DNA of 64,000 nt from Alphaproteobacteria bacterium (GTDB taxonomy: Bacteria > Pseudomonadota > Alphaproteobacteria > SP197): the NCBI GenBank assembly GCA_964291265.2, contig OZ219747.1:3040001-3104000 (forward strand), given 5' to 3'. The notes beneath the pieces are model-generated. The model made no database searches, had not been told where the DNA came from, and saw only the letters and a program-made list of their open reading frames with translations. Position 1 is the stretch's first letter; each line of letters opens with the position of its first letter. Made by a program: the position numbers and the translations under genes. Below are positions 62,253-64,000 of this stretch, in pieces.

Positions 62253-62720
62253 TCAGGAGATCTCGGCCACGGCCTCGACCTCGGTCGCAACGTTGAGCGG
62301 CAGGGAGGCACAACCGACCGCAGCCCTCGCGTGGTGCCCCCTGTCGCCGAACACCTCGACCATCAGATCGCTGGCGCCATTGATGACCTTCGGATGATCG
62401 CGAAAGTCCTCCACGGCATTCACGAACCCGCCGAGTCTGACGATCCTGACGATCCGGTCGAGGTCACCGCCACAGGCAGCCCTGAGCTGGGCGATGACAT
62501 TGAGCCCGCACAGGCGCGCTGCTGCATAGCCTTCCTCGAGAGTGACACCCGCGCCGAGCTTGCCCTGGTGTTTCAGCGTGCCGTCGGCAAGGGTGATCTG
62601 CCCGGCCACGAACACGAGGTTGCCAGCCACTGTCCAGGGCACATAATTCGCCGCCGGGGCGGCTGCCTCGGGAAGCCTGATGCCGAGTTCGGCCAGGCGT
62701 GCATCGATCTTGCCGACCAT
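62253..62720 (-). CDS. RidA/YjgF family protein
   Basis: PAANYVP, VAGQ, LGGFVN, NGASDL, HARAAVG..SLPLN. Confidence 0.93.
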   Translation of the reverse strand: MVGKIDARLAELGIRLPEAAAPAANYVPWTVAGNLVFVAGQITLADGTLKHQGKLGAGVTLEEGYAAARLCGLNVIAQLRAACGGDLDRIVRIVRLGGFVNAVEDFRDHPKVINGASDLMVEVFGDRGHHARAAVGCASLPLNVATEVEAVAEIS

Positions 62721-62780
62721 TTCCGTTCCCTTTCCGAGTTCGAGCTGTCGCCAGATCGTCTGACATAAAGGAATCCATGC

Positions 62781-63659
62781 GTGAGCGTCAACGAGGCAAG
62801 GCGCCCGGCCATGGTGGCGGGCGTGCTCCTGGTCGCCGCCGGAGCCGTCTGCTACGGACTGCTGCCGCGGCCCCTGGAGATCCTGAGGGACGAGGGAGTT
62901 GGCTCGACCTCATCACTCCTGGTCCGATTCGGGGTTTCCATCGCGGCCCTTGCCGCCATCGTTGCCTGGCGACGATGCTCCGGCGGTTCCCTGCGCGCGC
63001 CTTTCCTTGCCGGTCTCGGTATCGGAGCCGCCACGATCTTTCTTTTCGAGGGCTACGCACGACTGCCGGCTTCCACGGCAATTCTCGTGTTCTACACCTA
63101 CCCGGCCTTCACGTTCGTCCTGGCGGGTCTCCTGTTCCGGGCCGGCATGGAATGGCGCATGGTCCTGGCCATCGCCCTCGTCCTGGGCGCAGCCGCACTC
63201 ATCGTCGCACCCGGCAATCTCGAGGCCACGCCGCTTGGTGGCGTGCTGATCACCTTCGGCGCGCCCCTTGGATACGGACTCTATCTCGCCTGCCTGGGCG
63301 TGGCGGACGGCCATGTCCTGTGGCGCACGCTCGTCGTCAGCATGGCTGCGCTCATGGTCACCCTGGCCTGGCATCTGGTGTCGGATGCTTCCCTGGCCTG
63401 GCCGGTTTCGACGAAGGGCTGGATCTCGCTTGGCTGGGTCGGCCTTGGCACCGGGATCCTGGCAACCTGCCTGGTGGTGGCCGGCACCGCGATGGCCGGG
63501 AGCGGACGCTCCGCCGTTGCCGGTTCGGCCGAACTCGTCACCGTGCTCTTCACCGGCTGGCTGCTGTTCGGCGAACCCCTGCACTGGGAGGCCGTGGTCG
63601 GTGCGCTCGCGATCCTGACGGCCATTGTCGTCAGCCTGCCGCGTGCCTCCCGGCGATGA
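62781..63659 (+). CDS. DMT/EamA family transporter
   Basis: About 10 hydrophobic segments; LVFYTYPAF, ELV...GWLLFGEPL. Confidence 0.87.
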   Translation: MSVNEARRPAMVAGVLLVAAGAVCYGLLPRPLEILRDEGVGSTSSLLVRFGVSIAALAAIVAWRRCSGGSLRAPFLAGLGIGAATIFLFEGYARLPASTAILVFYTYPAFTFVLAGLLFRAGMEWRMVLAIALVLGAAALIVAPGNLEATPLGGVLITFGAPLGYGLYLACLGVADGHVLWRTLVVSMAALMVTLAWHLVSDASLAWPVSTKGWISLGWVGLGTGILATCLVVAGTAMAGSGRSAVAGSAELVTVLFTGWLLFGEPLHWEAVVGALAILTAIVVSLPRASRR

Positions 63660-64000
63660 TGGTGAAGATGCGGTTGAACATCGTCCATGTCAGGCGACCG
63701 GTGTTGGTGTTCAGTCGCGAGCAGTGGTAGCTGTCGACGAGGACGATGCCGCCCGGGAGTCCATGGACGGCGCCATGGGCAAACGGGAAGGCGGAACGCC
63801 TGGCGCCGATGGCATCGAGAATGGCCAGGTGAGCGAGGCCTCCGAGGGCGAGGATGGTATCGAGGCACGGGAGTGTCTCGATCTCCCGCGAAAGGAAGGG
63901 GTTGCAGGAACGGATTTCCGCGGCAAGCGGCCGGTTCCCGGGCGGAACACAACGCACGGCGTTGGTGATCCGGCAGTTCACCAGCTCCAGACCGTCATCC
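63631..64000 (-). CDS. Uracil-DNA glycosylase (family 5/UdgB-like), 5' end outside the window
   Basis: ITNAVRCVPPGNRP, LALG, F.HG, SYHCSRLNTNTGRLT. Confidence 0.9.
   Translation of the reverse strand, partial: DDGLELVNCRITNAVRCVPPGNRPLAAEIRSCNPFLSREIETLPCLDTILALGGLAHLAILDAIGARRSAFPFAHGAVHGLPGGIVLVDSYHCSRLNTNTGRLTWTMFNRIFTIIAGRHAAG

Noticed and set aside
1-64000. tRNA, rRNA or tmRNA genes
   Set aside because: None recognised by eye, including next to smpB; a covariance-model scan would be needed to exclude them.

Overview
High-GC alphaproteobacterial chromosomal window. The assignment rests on gatCAB, dapA-smpB, phasin-clpS-clpA and a CTTGAC-N17-CTATAT promoter; a host- or sponge-associated lifestyle is only an inference from gene content. 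Three accessory elements stand out. (1) A complete IS4/IS50-type element (42-2582, 8-bp TSD) whose transposase is fused to a DUF4338/DruA-like domain. (2) A ~24-kb FN3/Calx-beta autotransporter adhesin gene split by a C13 tract, with a 3.26-kb internal duplication and six 1323-bp tandem repeats. (3) Best candidate for an undescribed system: a 6.56-kb transposase-less element (46228-52790) with IS66-type GTAAGCG ends and an 8-bp TSD (CCGGATGA), inserted between phasin and clpS. It carries four tandem Rpn/YhgA nuclease genes. Each ends on a stop codon supplied by a copy of the IS right end, and each has an internal SD+ATG for a length-variable small protein (putative RpnS antitoxin). The rest is housekeeping and metabolic genes.
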